In this document: in pieces, positions 63,467 through 64,000 of the stretch | Layout of the letters: every line of letters starts with the position of its first letter | Position numbering within the stretch: the stretch's first letter is position 1 | Origin: Basidiobolus meristosporus CBS 931.73 | Lineage: Eukaryota > Fungi > Basidiobolomycota | Reading direction: 5' to 3' | Assembly: GCA_002104905.1 (NCBI GenBank) | Contig: MCFE01000106.1 | Location: forward strand, 1-64,000 | Length of the DNA: 64,000 nt | The notes under the pieces: generated by a model | Database searches by the model: none | What the model saw: the letters and a program-made list of their open reading frames with translations, nothing else | Told to the model about the DNA's origin: nothing | Made by a program: the position numbers and the translations under genes

Positions 63467-64000
63467 TCAACTCATTACATCCATGACAGACTTGAAGGCA
63501 ATATTCTTGATGAGATTGGGATATGGTAGTACCTGTAGCTTGATACGTCTTGCTATCTCCCTACACATATGCCCCATAGGAAACTCCCAACAGGTGAAGC
63601 AAGAACCAATATTCTTAACACACCAAGCAAGTAGCAAATAGATACAATAGCAGCAGAGATCTAAACATTGAGCTTTATGTTTGAAGTATAGCAGCTCAAA
63701 TTCTGTCACAAACTCGTTGCAAAAAAGCTGCATATGTATCAAGTTGTCATTGGTAATCCACTTCTGGATAACTATTCCTACAATGCCCACATATTACTCC
63801 CAATGCTTCCAATGTACTCTTGGCAGCAATGACTACAAAACACCACTTGAATAAATACATATCTACTTCATCCAGTCTTGGCATTTGTATTCTTGCATAA
63901 GCATATGAGTGTTGATTGAAGCCTGTAAGAAGTAATTAAGGTAGCAGATACTCTCTAATATCTTGCCAATTATTTCAAGTTTCTCCAGTATCTCAAAGGG
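63467..64000 (-). mobile_element. CACTA/EnSpm (Tnp2-type) transposase remnant
   Basis: EFELLYFKHKAQCLDLC...VKNIGSCFTCWEFPMGHMCREIARRIKLQVLPYPNL resembles the fungal EnSpm block FERLYYQ..IHALLH..GPVWAYWAFPMERYCG.L...IKSRR.PYANL. CpG-depleted and degenerate. Confidence 0.65.

Noticed and set aside
1-64000. tRNA, rRNA, snRNA genes and CRISPR arrays
   Set aside because: No T-loop/cloverleaf, rRNA motifs or regularly spaced repeat-spacer arrays seen by eye. A tRNAscan-SE/Infernal run would be needed to exclude small ncRNAs.

Overview
Eukaryotic fungal DNA with two sharply different halves. Short GT-AG introns with CTAAC/CTGAC branch points and the gene content suggest an early-diverging, zygomycete-grade fungus; the species cannot be confirmed from sequence alone. 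1-39.1 kb is gene-dense and CpG-rich: LST2/ZFYVE28-like (partial), BZZ1, ATG22, a small conserved coiled-coil membrane protein, a forkhead TF, a VNX1-type cation/H+ exchanger, casein kinase I, an NDUFA12-family protein, an intronless bacterial-type M13 peptidase (HGT candidate), a Ser/Pro-rich orphan, U1-C and ALG3. Several intergenic stretches probably hide multi-exon genes I could not resolve. 39.6-64 kb is a gene-free, AT-rich, almost CpG-free block of nested transposons. It contains: a Ty5-like copia family that inserted repeatedly into an older copy of itself; a young Ty3/gypsy element carrying a foreign solo LTR; three copies of a two-ORF PHIS (DDE_Tnp_4) DNA transposon with ATT/AAT target sites, one inserted in reverse into another to create a >2 kb inverted repeat; and a CACTA remnant. 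The strongest signals are the context-biased (TCG/CGA) CpG erasure plus CpA>TpA nonsense changes, i.e. a RIP-like or methylation-driven defence signature, and the self-targeted nesting suggestive of a heterochromatin or centromere island. All counts are hand counts and gene models are manual.
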